Shown: in pieces, positions 47,434 through 56,574 of the stretch
Position numbering within the stretch: the stretch's first letter is position 1
Layout: the number at the start of each line of letters is the position of its first letter
Assembly (NCBI GenBank): GCA_029858565.1
Contig: JAOUEV010000011.1
Location: forward strand, 1 to 64,000
Direction of reading: 5' to 3'
Length of the DNA: 64,000 bases
Source: Nitrospirota bacterium
GTDB taxonomy: Bacteria > Nitrospirota > UBA9217
The notes under the pieces: generated by a model
Databases searched by the model: none
Seen by the model: only the letters and a program-made list of their open reading frames with translations
What the model was told of the DNA's origin: nothing
Program-made: the position numbers and the translations under genes

Positions 47434-49131
47434 ATGAAGAAGTGGAATGACCTGCGGATCGGCAGGAAGATGATGATAGGATTCGGAAGCGTCCTGGTGC
47501 TGCTCGTCGCGGTAGGAATGTTCTCTCTGACGGGCATTAACAAAATGTTCGGAAGCAGCCTTTCGGTGACCGCGGTCAACAAGGTGAGCGGGGAACTGCT
47601 TCAGCGAGAAGTGGACCATCTCAAATGGGCGCAGGAAGTGGAGCGTTATTCGAACAGTGCGGAAAAAGGCAAGGAGCTGAAAGTCCAGCTCGATCCTACG
47701 CAGTGCGGTTTTGGAAAATGGTACTACGGAGCCGGGAGAAAAGAGGCCGAGGCGCTTATGCCCGAACTCAAGGGTCCGCTGGCAGCGATCGAAGACCACC
47801 ACCGCAAACTGCATGAATCCGCCGGAGCGATACAGGATCTGCATAGCGGCGGTCAGATACCGGAGGCCAGGAACCTTTTCGCAACAGGGACCATGGCGCA
47901 TCTGAAGGAGGTACAGACACTTCTGAAGACCATGGTGGACGCGTCCAAAGAGACGATCGGCCGCACAGAGGCCGGCATGCTCAATACATCGCTGGTCTCA
48001 CGTATTACTGTGGCGGCATGCATCGTGCTGGCGCTCGCTCTGGGATCGCTGCTGGGCTGGCTCATCACCCGCTCCGTGACGAAACCGCTCGAACAAGGGG
48101 TGCTTTTCGCCGAGTCGGTCGCGAAGGGCGACCTGACCAGGCGTCTGGATATCGACCAGAAGGACCAGGTCGGACGGCTTGCCGAGGCGCTGAACACCAT
48201 GACCGTTCGGCTTAATGATGTGGTCATCAGCGTAAAAGAAGCATCATTGAACGTTTCAATGGTGAGCCAGGAACTGTCGGTGGATTCCGAACAGATATCC
48301 CAGGGAGCAACCGAGCAGGCGGCGACCGCAGAGGAGGCATCGGCGTCGATCGAGGAAATGAACGCGGCTACGCGGATGAACTCGGAAAATGCCCGCCAGA
48401 CCGAGCAGATCGCGGTCAAGGCCGAGTCGGACGCGCAGGAAAGCAGTGCCGCTGTGGCGGAAACGCTGCAGGCCATGAAGGCCATCGCGGTGAAGATCAC
48501 CATTATCGACGAGATAGCACGCCAGACCAATCTCCTCGCCTTGAACGCGGCCATCGAGGCCGCCCGCGCCGGGAACCATGGAAAAGGTTTTGCCGTGGTG
48601 GCGGCCGAGGTGCGGAAGCTCGCGGAGCGGAGCCAGGCGGCGGCAGGCGAGATCGGACACCTGTCCACCTCCAGCGTTGCGACTGCTGAAAAAGCCGGTG
48701 CCATGCTGGCGAAGCTTCTTCCGGACATTCAGCGGACCTCCGGTCTGGTCCAGGAGATCAGCGCGTCGTCCAGGGAACAGGCGACCGGAGCCGACCAGAT
48801 CAATCTTTCGATCCAGCAGCTGAACAATGTCATCCAGCAGAATGCCGGCGCCGCCGAAGAAATGGCCGCCACGGCCCAGGAACTGTCGACCCAGGCGGAT
48901 CAGCTGAAGCACGTAACGGGATTCTTTATCGTAGACAGCAGGATAGAGCATAAGCATGATACGCGCAAGTCCTCGCGCCACAGCTCAGGGAAGTCCGCGC
49001 TCCACCGGGGAATGCACGAACGCAGGACCGGACAGGTCCTTGCCGCGGACAAGCGGAAGCATTCACCGGCACCAGCCCCGCAACTGGTGAGCGCTGCGGT
49101 GACCGCGGAAGGGGAATTCGAGCGGTTCTAG
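47434..49131 (+). CDS. Methyl-accepting chemotaxis protein with a CZB domain between its two TM helices
   Basis: TM1, DHLKW...CGFGKWY...HRKLH, TM2, [24 protein letters not shown]. Confidence 0.93.
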   Translation: MKKWNDLRIGRKMMIGFGSVLVLLVAVGMFSLTGINKMFGSSLSVTAVNKVSGELLQREVDHLKWAQEVERYSNSAEKGKELKVQLDPTQCGFGKWYYGAGRKEAEALMPELKGPLAAIEDHHRKLHESAGAIQDLHSGGQIPEARNLFATGTMAHLKEVQTLLKTMVDASKETIGRTEAGMLNTSLVSRITVAACIVLALALGSLLGWLITRSVTKPLEQGVLFAESVAKGDLTRRLDIDQKDQVGRLAEALNTMTVRLNDVVISVKEASLNVSMVSQELSVDSEQISQGATEQAATAEEASASIEEMNAATRMNSENARQTEQIAVKAESDAQESSAAVAETLQAMKAIAVKITIIDEIARQTNLLALNAAIEAARAGNHGKGFAVVAAEVRKLAERSQAAAGEIGHLSTSSVATAEKAGAMLAKLLPDIQRTSGLVQEISASSREQATGADQINLSIQQLNNVIQQNAGAAEEMAATAQELSTQADQLKHVTGFFIVDSRIEHKHDTRKSSRHSSGKSALHRGMHERRTGQVLAADKRKHSPAPAPQLVSAAVTAEGEFERF

Positions 49132-49243
49132 GACGATTGCCGGAGTATGCATGGCCAGCCGTCCTGTCCCATCATTCTAAGTAATATCCTTCCTTCATAT
49201 GGCCGAAGATGCAGGAGAGTCTTCCGCCATCATCCCCGTTTCC

Positions 49244-50557
49244 TTATACCTTGATATTCAGCACCGGCAGCCCGAGCCGCTGCCGCTTGCTCTCCCCCTT
49301 GAACAATCCCGTCTTCCGAAGGGGCACGTCGCCCCGTTCCCCCTCGTGCTGCGCCTGGAGCTTTGTTGCCAGGCTCGCGGCATGCTGGATCGTGTGCTTG
49401 CCGAACTTCTTCGAGACCTCGTCGACCGCTGTGTAGACCCGGGACATCTTCTCGATCCGCGCCGTGTCCTCGAAGAGCGTGTACTGGATGCCGCTCTCGG
49501 GGACCAGGCCGCAGAGCACCACGCCGGTCTGGCGGTAGGGCGTCCGCGGCCTGAAGAGCCGCTGGAACCCGTCGCGCAGCAGGCCGAAGAGCTCTGCAGG
49601 ATAGGCCGTGGGCCGGGTCAACTTAAGTTCCACCCCGGAGCTTGTATAGTCCTGCTGGCGCAGAAAAACGATCAGTCGGGTAGCCGCGAGCCGGTACCGC
49701 CGCGCTTTGATGCAGGCGTTCTCCAGGTTCTTGGCGATCTGGGCAAAGACAAAGGCTTCGTCCATCGACGCCGGGGTGAAGGTCTTTGCCTTGCTGATGG
49801 ACTGGTACCGGTCCTTTGTTTCGACCGTGACCGGGTACACGCTCCTGCCGTTCAGCTCGTGCCAGATCTCGCGATAGGGTTTGGAAAGGTTCTGCTCCAC
49901 GAACCGCTCGTCCGCCCGCGCGAACTGGAGCGCGGTCCTGATGTTGTGCTTGTTCAGGAAGGCGGCGGTGTTCGGTCCGATGCCCCAGACCTTTTCCACA
50001 GGCAGGTCCCGGAGGAACAGGTGGATCTCCCTGCCGGGGATCATGGTGATGCCCGCGGGCTTTTTGTGCTTTGACCCGATCTTGGCCAGGACCTTTGAAA
50101 GGGAAACTCCCACGGACACGGTAATGCCCAGCTCCCGTTCGATGGTCTCCTGCATCTCCCTGGCGATCTCCTCGTAGGGACCGTGGAAACTCCTTCGGAG
50201 GCCGGTCAGGTCCACAAAGGCCTCGTCAATGGAGTACTCCTCCACGTCAGGCGAGAAGCGCCGCAGGATCTCGAACATGCGGACCGAAAAGAGGCTGTAG
50301 GTCTCGTAATCCGAAGGCAGGATCACCGCGTCAGGACAGAGCTTTTTCACGTCCGAAAGCCGCACACCGCGCTGCACGCCCTTGGCTTTTGCCTCGTAGC
50401 TTGCAGCCGCCACGATGCCGCGCTCCTTGCCCGTGATCACCGGCCTGCCCTTGAGCTCGGGATGGATGGCCTGCTCGCAGGATGCGAAGAAAGCGTCAGC
50501 GTCGAGATGCAGGATGGCGCGGGGCCAGGAGGAGAGGGAGAGGAATTGATCGTTCAT
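49244..50557 (-). CDS. dinB: Y-family DNA polymerase (Pol IV / UmuC-like)
   Basis: HLDADAFFASCEQ, AASYEAK, YSIDEAFVD, SKVLAKI, VWGIGP. Confidence 0.93.
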   Translation of the reverse strand: MNDQFLSLSSWPRAILHLDADAFFASCEQAIHPELKGRPVITGKERGIVAAASYEAKAKGVQRGVRLSDVKKLCPDAVILPSDYETYSLFSVRMFEILRRFSPDVEEYSIDEAFVDLTGLRRSFHGPYEEIAREMQETIERELGITVSVGVSLSKVLAKIGSKHKKPAGITMIPGREIHLFLRDLPVEKVWGIGPNTAAFLNKHNIRTALQFARADERFVEQNLSKPYREIWHELNGRSVYPVTVETKDRYQSISKAKTFTPASMDEAFVFAQIAKNLENACIKARRYRLAATRLIVFLRQQDYTSSGVELKLTRPTAYPAELFGLLRDGFQRLFRPRTPYRQTGVVLCGLVPESGIQYTLFEDTARIEKMSRVYTAVDEVSKKFGKHTIQHAASLATKLQAQHEGERGDVPLRKTGLFKGESKRQRLGLPVLNIKV

Positions 50558-50606
50558 GTTCAGGCTCATTACGAAATAACAAAAAAAGACAACTGCCGAG
50601 TCTGTA

Positions 50607-50773
50607 TCGCGCAAAGTCGCAAAGAACGGCGGAGGCGAATAGCAAATATCCGATTGTTTTGAAATATCAAGGGCCAGTTTCTATTCTGGAACTGCATGCA
50701 AAAAAAGGAAAATGGGTTCAGGAACTGACTGATCTCTCGATCTTTCTTTGCGTCTTAGCGGCTTTGCGCGAGA
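50607..50773. repeat. CGCAAAG-type inverted repeat pair enclosing about 120 bp of AT-rich DNA
   Basis: TCGCGCAAAGTCGCAAAGA (50607-50625) versus TCTTTGCGTCTTAGCGGCTTTGCGCGAGA (50745-50773). Confidence 0.8.
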
Positions 50774-50803
50774 AGAGAGGTGTTGGCTTGCTTGATCTTA
50801 TGG

Positions 50804-51232
50804 TCAGACCCGTTCCCACTCCTCGACCCCGCCGGGGACGATCCGGAACAGGGGATGGGGCCTTGGCCGGGCAAGCGCCTTGTGCAAGGCGTAGGTCTTC
50901 CTGTCCCGTGTCCGCAATTTCCCCAGCAGATGCTCCCATTCATGGTCTATCTGACCTTTCCGTATCTTCAACTTCCCGCATCGTCCGGCTTTTACGATCT
51001 TTGCGCCATTGAACCGGTACCCGCGTTGTTCAGCTTCCTTCAGCACTTCAGCCAGATAGCACCCGATGGCGCGGATGGGATCGCTGCATTCGCGGAAACG
51101 GTCCAACTGGGGGTGGGATCGATAGCCTTTTGTTCTGCCGAGCAGGACCTTCTGCGCAAGCAACCCTTCGCGCCACAGGGCCACGAGGCCTTTTGCGTCA
51201 AGATATTGCGGATGGATGGACCAAAGTCGCAT
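50804..51232 (-). CDS. Pyrimidine dimer DNA glycosylase / endonuclease V family protein
   Basis: MRLWSIHPQYLDAKGLVALWREGLLAQKVL.G.TKGY..HPQL.RF. Confidence 0.9.
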   Translation of the reverse strand: MRLWSIHPQYLDAKGLVALWREGLLAQKVLLGRTKGYRSHPQLDRFRECSDPIRAIGCYLAEVLKEAEQRGYRFNGAKIVKAGRCGKLKIRKGQIDHEWEHLLGKLRTRDRKTYALHKALARPRPHPLFRIVPGGVEEWERV

Positions 51233-51282
51233 TACGATGCCTCAGGCTGTTTCAAAAGCGACAGCAAGGATTCTCTCGTGAT

Positions 51283-51350
51283 CAGGAACCGGCGTTTGTA
51301 AACGCGCGAAGCGCCGCTTTTGCGAGTCGTTGTTGAGCACGTTGTTATGG
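51283..51350 (-). mobile_element. Degenerate attC site (left arm intact, right arm eroded)
   Basis: Minus strand CCATAAC-AACGT-GCTCAACAACGACTCGCAAAAGCGGCGCTTCGCGCGTTT...GTTCCTG, 15 bp after a stop codon. Confidence 0.6.
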
Positions 51351-51365
51351 GCATCCATTGCGTGA

Positions 51366-51752
51366 CTAGCTCATGGCGACAAATGCGGCGCAAACAAGAA
51401 GAATTATGGAAATCGGCGCCCACAGCATTCGCTCTTTTTTGCTTGGCGTGATCGAATTCAGGACTGTGGCGACAAGACTGAATGCAACAACAAACCATAT
51501 CGCCGATCTCGAATATGTCGAATAATCGCTAATAATAATACCTGCGCGCGACAAAACGACGAGCGCCGCAAAAACAAGAACCACGATCTGAACCAGTGCG
51601 GCAATTCGCATTCGAGGAGGAAGCTGTCCGGGGAATTTACCACCCATTGTCATCGTTCCCCAGGGCGCACCTAGTGCGAGCGCGAACTGGAACAGAACCG
51701 CAAAAGCAGTCAGCACAGTGAAAAGGTATGCAGCAAAAGTTGGAGCATGCAT
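51366..51752 (-). CDS. Four-TM membrane protein (gene cassette)
   Basis: FQFALALGAPWG...MGG, N.ITPSKKERMLWAP; ATG directly after the attC core. Confidence 0.8.
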   Translation of the reverse strand: MHAPTFAAYLFTVLTAFAVLFQFALALGAPWGTMTMGGKFPGQLPPRMRIAALVQIVVLVFAALVVLSRAGIIISDYSTYSRSAIWFVVAFSLVATVLNSITPSKKERMLWAPISIILLVCAAFVAMS

Positions 51753-51758
51753 TGGTGA

Positions 51759-51814
51759 TTGCAACGCTGAGTTTACACGCCGCGTAGCGGTCGGCGTGGA
51801 ACGATAGGTTAGGA
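51759..51814 (-). mobile_element. Integron attC site (56 bp)
   Basis: Minus strand TCCTAAC-CTATC-GTTCCACGCCGACCGCTACGCGGCGTGTAAAC-TCAGC-GTTGCAA; the gene's TAA stop lies inside the inverse core, as is typical of cassettes. Confidence 0.88.
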
Positions 51815-54424
51815 TTTGTCATCCTGCTCTTTTGTAATTTTCTCTTCCAACTTATGCTCTTCTATTATCTGCTTAGCCTCGCGTTCATAGGACTCAGATA
51901 GTTCGCGTAAAACAGTAGCAAATCTTGCAAAGCCTGCATCCTCCACAGCTTTGGCTTTGTTTAGCCATTCTGCAGCTAATTCATATTCAGGTTTCCCAGT
52001 GGGATCAACCCAATGAACACCTCTTGAGTTATAAACTTCTGTGCGAAATCCCCTTCGCATATCTTCAGCATCTCTTGCATTTAAGACTCTGGCAACCGCC
52101 CGATTGATCCACAATCCATCAGGATCGGCAGGGCAATTCAGTAAGACACCACCAACGTGGATCATGGCTACTGCAAGATGGCCAGATTCCTTGCATTGCT
52201 TTTTAACAATAGCAAACCACGATTCAAATTCTTCAACAGAATAACTGCCATTGTCTTGTAAGCCTGGTGGCCGACGCCACTCGTGTAAAAGTCGCCATGC
52301 ATTACTAGCAATAGCCGCTCTTTTCTCATCGACTTCCTCAACCTGTTGATCTTCATTCTTAGATCGATAGATAAGGCGAATGACCTCAACAAAAAACTCT
52401 GGCTTCGTAGCGAGGCGTTTTTCAAGCAACTTCGGCTCAGCACCATCAGGTCTTGTAAGCAACGGCAAGTAAGCCCATTCCACTTTGAAAAGATCATCAT
52501 CCTGGACCTGCGGATCATTTTGCAGGGCCTTTATAAGCTCCGTAATATTATATGTATCCATCGTCTGCCCAGACTCTTGCACGGAAACTGCGCTTAGCAG
52601 CGCTCTTACGGTTCTTGCGCTATCCAGTGGCATCTTGTTAAATAACCGCGAATGCAGGCAGCCGATTGCTGACTGTGGCCGTGAAACTTCAAGTAATTTG
52701 TCGATTGCATATAATGGGTCGCTTTCAGTTTGGTAAGGATTGACATGTACCTTTTGCCAGTACGTCTGTTCATGTGTTCCTAGCCACTGGGTAGCTCGCA
52801 CCCACGTGTCAGTCTCGAAAGGTAAATAAACAAGGAAGAGACAATTTTGCGCCAACGACCAGCTTGACCTATCGATTGCGTCAACCCACGCCCAGCCTTG
52901 CGCATGAAAACGGCTTAAAATGAAACTGGCAATGAATTGCCTATATTTGATATTTTCATTATCTAAATATTGGGGAAGTAACCCGATATCAATTTCTTTT
53001 TTATCGATTAAACCCAACGCCCAACCGACTTGGTTTGGCGATTCAACTGTCGCAGCAAACTTAAGAATACCCTGAAGTCCGCTGGCGTCGAATAACGAAC
53101 GAACCGCTTGATAGCGCTTATCGCCGAGTTTCCTGCGCTGCTCTTCCCAATTGCCTCGCTCGTCATAGAGATCAAAATCTCGTTTACTGAAAAGTCTCTG
53201 ATGCTGGCCGTCAAGACTTTGCGGAGCCAGTTTGTTTGCAGTTGCCTCAATTTGATCTACCTTGTCAGGACTGAGCGCCCACTTTGCATCAGCAAATTTG
53301 CGGTGTTTCTGTACAAAATCCATTAGACCAATCCAAATCGGTAAGCGCTGATCTTCCGAAAGTTCGGCGACCGCTGCCGATGCTAAATGCTCTAATAGTG
53401 CATCAAATGATGGTTTTGGTAAATTATCAATATTGCTGACAAGCTCTTTAAGTCTATCCAAATTATCGCGAGCCATTTCGATGGCAAATTCCGCATATAC
53501 AGTCACCTGATCCCAATATTCTTGATTTGTAACTTTTGGTTGCCAGTCTTCGGGAATCGTGATATGCCAACGTGGTTTATAGGCGCCACTAGACGTCTGA
53601 TGCTGATTTGGCAGAAAATCGATAACGACTTTCCATGCCACACCTGGGAAGTCTTCTTTAATCGCTTTGATTGAAGAAATGCGCGTTTCAATACGCGCCA
53701 AGGTCTGTGGGTACCACGGCAACAATATCTGTACTATCGAATTGGATGGACGATTCGCCCATCTACCCCCAGGATCATGTGATGCGAGTTCCGCTAAAAT
53801 GACGATTGATCTTGTTAAGAATTTATCACTCCAGGACAGGCTTTCTAACGCCCACAGCAAGCCAGTCATATAGTTTTTGCCACTAATGCCCTTACCTTCC
53901 TGCGCAAATAAATTATCAAAAGGGCATGGCGTTTGTTGTAATGCCGCCTCGACTTGACTTAGGAATTCATCTGGAGCGGCTTCGGCCACGGTTGGCAATA
54001 AATCATTAATGCTAGCCCATAGTTTCCAATCCGCTTGATTGAAAATGTCGCGAATAGTCATAACGGCAGTCGATTCTGCCTTATATCGTGAGACATTTGT
54101 TAATTTATCGCCATAGTTCCCAAGAAGCGCCAAGGTTTCAGCCATTCCCTTACGTAGGCCTAACGAGTATTTGAGTATCTTCCCCTGCATGCTTGCAACA
54201 TAACGCTCCTCGGCAGGCAGCTCAAATTGTGGATCCAATTCTTTAAGTACCTCGACAGCGCACTCTTTGAATTTGTCTAGATGAGCATCAAATACTCTAG
54301 AACCAAATGATTCAAAGAGCATTTTGCGATCTGATACCGCCCAATGGCCGTTTCTAAGCGACAATGGATTGCCCTCTTCTTGGAGGACTTCGCGTAGATC
54401 ACCTATCCAAGTTTTATAATCCAT
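51809..54424 (-). CDS. Large AT-rich, probably alpha-helical protein; likely the C-terminal part of a split gene
   Basis: 871-aa ORF; AEAAPDEFL, LLWALESLSW, PGGRWANRP motifs; overlaps the upstream ORF by 11 bp. Confidence 0.75.
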   Translation of the reverse strand: MDYKTWIGDLREVLQEEGNPLSLRNGHWAVSDRKMLFESFGSRVFDAHLDKFKECAVEVLKELDPQFELPAEERYVASMQGKILKYSLGLRKGMAETLALLGNYGDKLTNVSRYKAESTAVMTIRDIFNQADWKLWASINDLLPTVAEAAPDEFLSQVEAALQQTPCPFDNLFAQEGKGISGKNYMTGLLWALESLSWSDKFLTRSIVILAELASHDPGGRWANRPSNSIVQILLPWYPQTLARIETRISSIKAIKEDFPGVAWKVVIDFLPNQHQTSSGAYKPRWHITIPEDWQPKVTNQEYWDQVTVYAEFAIEMARDNLDRLKELVSNIDNLPKPSFDALLEHLASAAVAELSEDQRLPIWIGLMDFVQKHRKFADAKWALSPDKVDQIEATANKLAPQSLDGQHQRLFSKRDFDLYDERGNWEEQRRKLGDKRYQAVRSLFDASGLQGILKFAATVESPNQVGWALGLIDKKEIDIGLLPQYLDNENIKYRQFIASFILSRFHAQGWAWVDAIDRSSWSLAQNCLFLVYLPFETDTWVRATQWLGTHEQTYWQKVHVNPYQTESDPLYAIDKLLEVSRPQSAIGCLHSRLFNKMPLDSARTVRALLSAVSVQESGQTMDTYNITELIKALQNDPQVQDDDLFKVEWAYLPLLTRPDGAEPKLLEKRLATKPEFFVEVIRLIYRSKNEDQQVEEVDEKRAAIASNAWRLLHEWRRPPGLQDNGSYSVEEFESWFAIVKKQCKESGHLAVAMIHVGGVLLNCPADPDGLWINRAVARVLNARDAEDMRRGFRTEVYNSRGVHWVDPTGKPEYELAAEWLNKAKAVEDAGFARFATVLRELSESYEREAKQIIEEHKLEEKITKEQDDKS

Positions 54425-55394
54425 CGATCAGCCTCTTTATAACATCTAAATCGGATTCATTGCTTTCATCCCACTGACCGACGAGAGCGGCTATGGCCAA
54501 AGCAAGTGGGCTAACTTGTGCGGTCAAGCTGCTTGTTGAGCGTGGCACATCTGGTTTTACATACTCTGCCGGAATGCTTGCAGCCGGCCTTTGTTTGAAA
54601 GCGTCTCTTAAATCTTGAGGAAGCTTTTCAAGCGTTACAGTTCCTGCATCCTGATTCCAAGTCTCGACAATATCAACGACCCTCGACCAGGCCCACTGTG
54701 GGTAACTCGAGTTAAATTGAGAAATATGAGAGTGAAGCAACGATAAGACTACTCCTACTTCTTTGCCTAGATCGTATCCTAGCAAATAGAATCTATTTAA
54801 AAAGATATATAGCACTTCATCAGCAACTTTCTTGTTGCCATTTGCACCTTTCAGATGATGCCGAAATACATCGAGTTTCTCTTTTGCTTTTGATGGGCTA
54901 AATCTTGTCTGGTTAACATTTCTGAAAAATTCAGCACTATCTTTGGTGTGACGTGCTTGATCAAGCAACCACACTACGTTATGAGCATCTGTTTCATTTA
55001 AAGGACCTGTAATTAGCGCTATGGCGTCTTTACGCTTGTCAAATAGCACGGTGTTATTAAAATCGCTCCATGCTGCATACATGACTTCAGCAAGAACAGT
55101 ATTGCCCTTGGTAAAACCAATGGAGTGCTTGATCTGCCCAAGGAGTTTGCATTCCTCTCTTGTGTTGCCATTTCGCACATAAACGACAAGATCATCTGTA
55201 TCAAAGCCGTCTATTTTTCCTTGAAGCTTTACTTGTCTTATCGGCCAACATGGCAGAGCGGGGGCGTATCCGCCGGTTAGCATTAGCGCAACAAAGGAAG
55301 CTTGAACGTGAGCTTCAAAATGAAATCCAACACCCCCCGTCGAGCGTGGATTGCTCAGCAGCTTTTTTGCTTTTGAGCTTACTCCACTCTTCAT
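54414..55394 (-). CDS. Putative PD-(D/E)XK nuclease-domain protein (candidate anti-phage effector)
   Basis: STGG.GF.FE..VQ, TDDLVV, GQIKHS arrangement of a restriction-endonuclease-like fold; alternative TTG start at 55436. Confidence 0.65.
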   Translation of the reverse strand: MKSGVSSKAKKLLSNPRSTGGVGFHFEAHVQASFVALMLTGGYAPALPCWPIRQVKLQGKIDGFDTDDLVVYVRNGNTREECKLLGQIKHSIGFTKGNTVLAEVMYAAWSDFNNTVLFDKRKDAIALITGPLNETDAHNVVWLLDQARHTKDSAEFFRNVNQTRFSPSKAKEKLDVFRHHLKGANGNKKVADEVLYIFLNRFYLLGYDLGKEVGVVLSLLHSHISQFNSSYPQWAWSRVVDIVETWNQDAGTVTLEKLPQDLRDAFKQRPAASIPAEYVKPDVPRSTSSLTAQVSPLALAIAALVGQWDESNESDLDVIKRLIDGL

Positions 55395-55550
55395 GCGTCG
55401 ACGCTTTCTAGTTTTAGAAGCAGATTTTCTTTTCAAGTATTCCCCGCAATAAATTATTAAAATATCCGACCGCGTCAGTCATTCTTGCTAAGCTTGAATA
55501 TTCAGACCTGGAATCAAAGAGCACAATGACCAGGTGCTTCTAAGTCGGGA

Positions 55551-55607
55551 TACTAACGCGCGCGTCACACGCCGCAAGGCGTGTCGTTGTGGACGCGCAG
55601 GTTATGA
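55551..55607 (-). mobile_element. Integron attC site (57 bp)
   Basis: Minus strand TCATAAC-CT-GCGCGTC(C)ACAACG-ACACGCC-TTGC-GGCGTGT-GACGCGC-GC-GTTAGTA, 4 bp after a stop codon. Confidence 0.82.
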
Positions 55608-55611
55608 TATC

Positions 55612-55983
55612 TCATTCCACAATTTGAAGTTCTGTCGCGGTCCAAATACCTTTTGGCCGAACTAGACGTTTCAGCTTGATAATGTAGTTCTTGGTTTCTG
55701 AACACTGTACTACAGCTTCATTGGCAGACTCAGATGACAATTTGCACTTCTCGAAAGGGACCTTGGCTTTAATTGTAGAAATAAGATCCGCGTGAGCGAC
55801 GTCAACTGGTTCTAATCTCCAGGGTTGATGCCCGTTATCAACTTCTGTCTGTAACCGCTTTTCTTTTTCTATGTCAACTGGTAATGCAATCTTTTCAGTT
55901 TTCTGAACGGGCTGGCAATTCGCCTGATATGTATTTGCGAAGACAAGGAGAAGGAAAGTAAGAAACATTGGAAAACTTATCAT
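55612..55983 (-). CDS. Exported hypothetical protein (gene cassette)
   Basis: N-terminal hydrophobic signal; VDNGHQPWRL.P..VA and GIWT motifs; GAGG RBS. Confidence 0.75.
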   Translation of the reverse strand: MISFPMFLTFLLLVFANTYQANCQPVQKTEKIALPVDIEKEKRLQTEVDNGHQPWRLEPVDVAHADLISTIKAKVPFEKCKLSSESANEAVVQCSETKNYIIKLKRLVRPKGIWTATELQIVE

Positions 55984-55995
55984 TTTGACCTCATT

Positions 55996-56020
55996 GTCGG
56001 TGTGGAACGAATCGTTATAC
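55996..56020 (-). mobile_element. Truncated attC (left arm only), fusing two cassettes
   Basis: Minus strand GTATAAC-GATTC-GTTCCACACCGAC, nearly identical to the left arm of the attC at 51759-51814, running straight into the next RBS. Confidence 0.7.
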
Positions 56021-56404
56021 CTTCGACTTTGTTTTAAAAAAGGAAGTAATTCTCTTTATAATTCCGACGCTTGGTTTGAAACCAAAATGTTCAAGAATTA
56101 GATTGGATGTAATTTCCTTATCTTCTTCAATATCTTTTACAATTATTTTGGCAAATCGAGGCCAATCAGCTTGAGATATCCCCTTGTAGTAGCGCCATTC
56201 GTGATTTCTCGCATCTTGCCAGCAATCCCAGAAGTTTAATGCGAGGAAAAGCTTCTTGAACTCTGGTCCGCTATTCCGGGGAAGGTTCTGATCAAATTTA
56301 TCGAACCCCTCTCCGACCTTTTTAAAGTCACCACGACTGTGGCTTTCTATATCGTGCGATAGACTCTCAATTAAATATTTCTTAGCCTCACTATAAGTAA
56401 ACAC
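56015..56404 (-). CDS. AT-rich hypothetical protein (first gene cassette)
   Basis: 129-aa ORF with GTG start and GAGG RBS; the cassette begins GTTATAC (56416-56422) and ends in the complementary GTATAAC. Confidence 0.75.
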   Translation of the reverse strand: MFTYSEAKKYLIESLSHDIESHSRGDFKKVGEGFDKFDQNLPRNSGPEFKKLFLALNFWDCWQDARNHEWRYYKGISQADWPRFAKIIVKDIEEDKEITSNLILEHFGFKPSVGIIKRITSFFKTKSKV

Positions 56405-56415
56405 TTTTGCCTCGG

Positions 56416-56452
56416 GTATAACAAGGTGTTGACGGGACGGAACCCGTTATAT
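56416..56452 (-). mobile_element. Candidate attI-like primary insertion site
   Basis: Minus strand ATATAAC-GGGTTCCGTCCCGTCAACACCTT-GTTATAC; a core GTT without an attC-type hairpin. Confidence 0.5.
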
Positions 56453-56574
56453 ACATATATATGAACTTATCTACCGGTATATAATTTTATCTATCTGTAG
56501 ATAAGAGGCGTTCATCTACCGGTAGATGATTTCTCGGATATCCGCATTTCTAAGGTTCATCTACCTGTATATAA
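56447..56574. repeat. Five copies of an 18-bp palindrome (consensus TYATCTAC-NN-GTAKATRA)
   Basis: Copies start at 56447, 56467, 56487 (20-bp period), 56512 (perfect TCATCTACCGGTAGATGA) and 56557. Confidence 0.9.

Noticed and set aside
50626-50744. GxxExxY gene remnant inside the inverted repeat pair (PIVLKYQG)
   Set aside because: The similarity is only a few residues and cannot be supported without an alignment.
56447-56574. Possible CRISPR array
   Set aside because: Units are 18-bp degenerate palindromes separated by 2-27 bp, with no unique spacers of about 30-40 bp and no cas genes.
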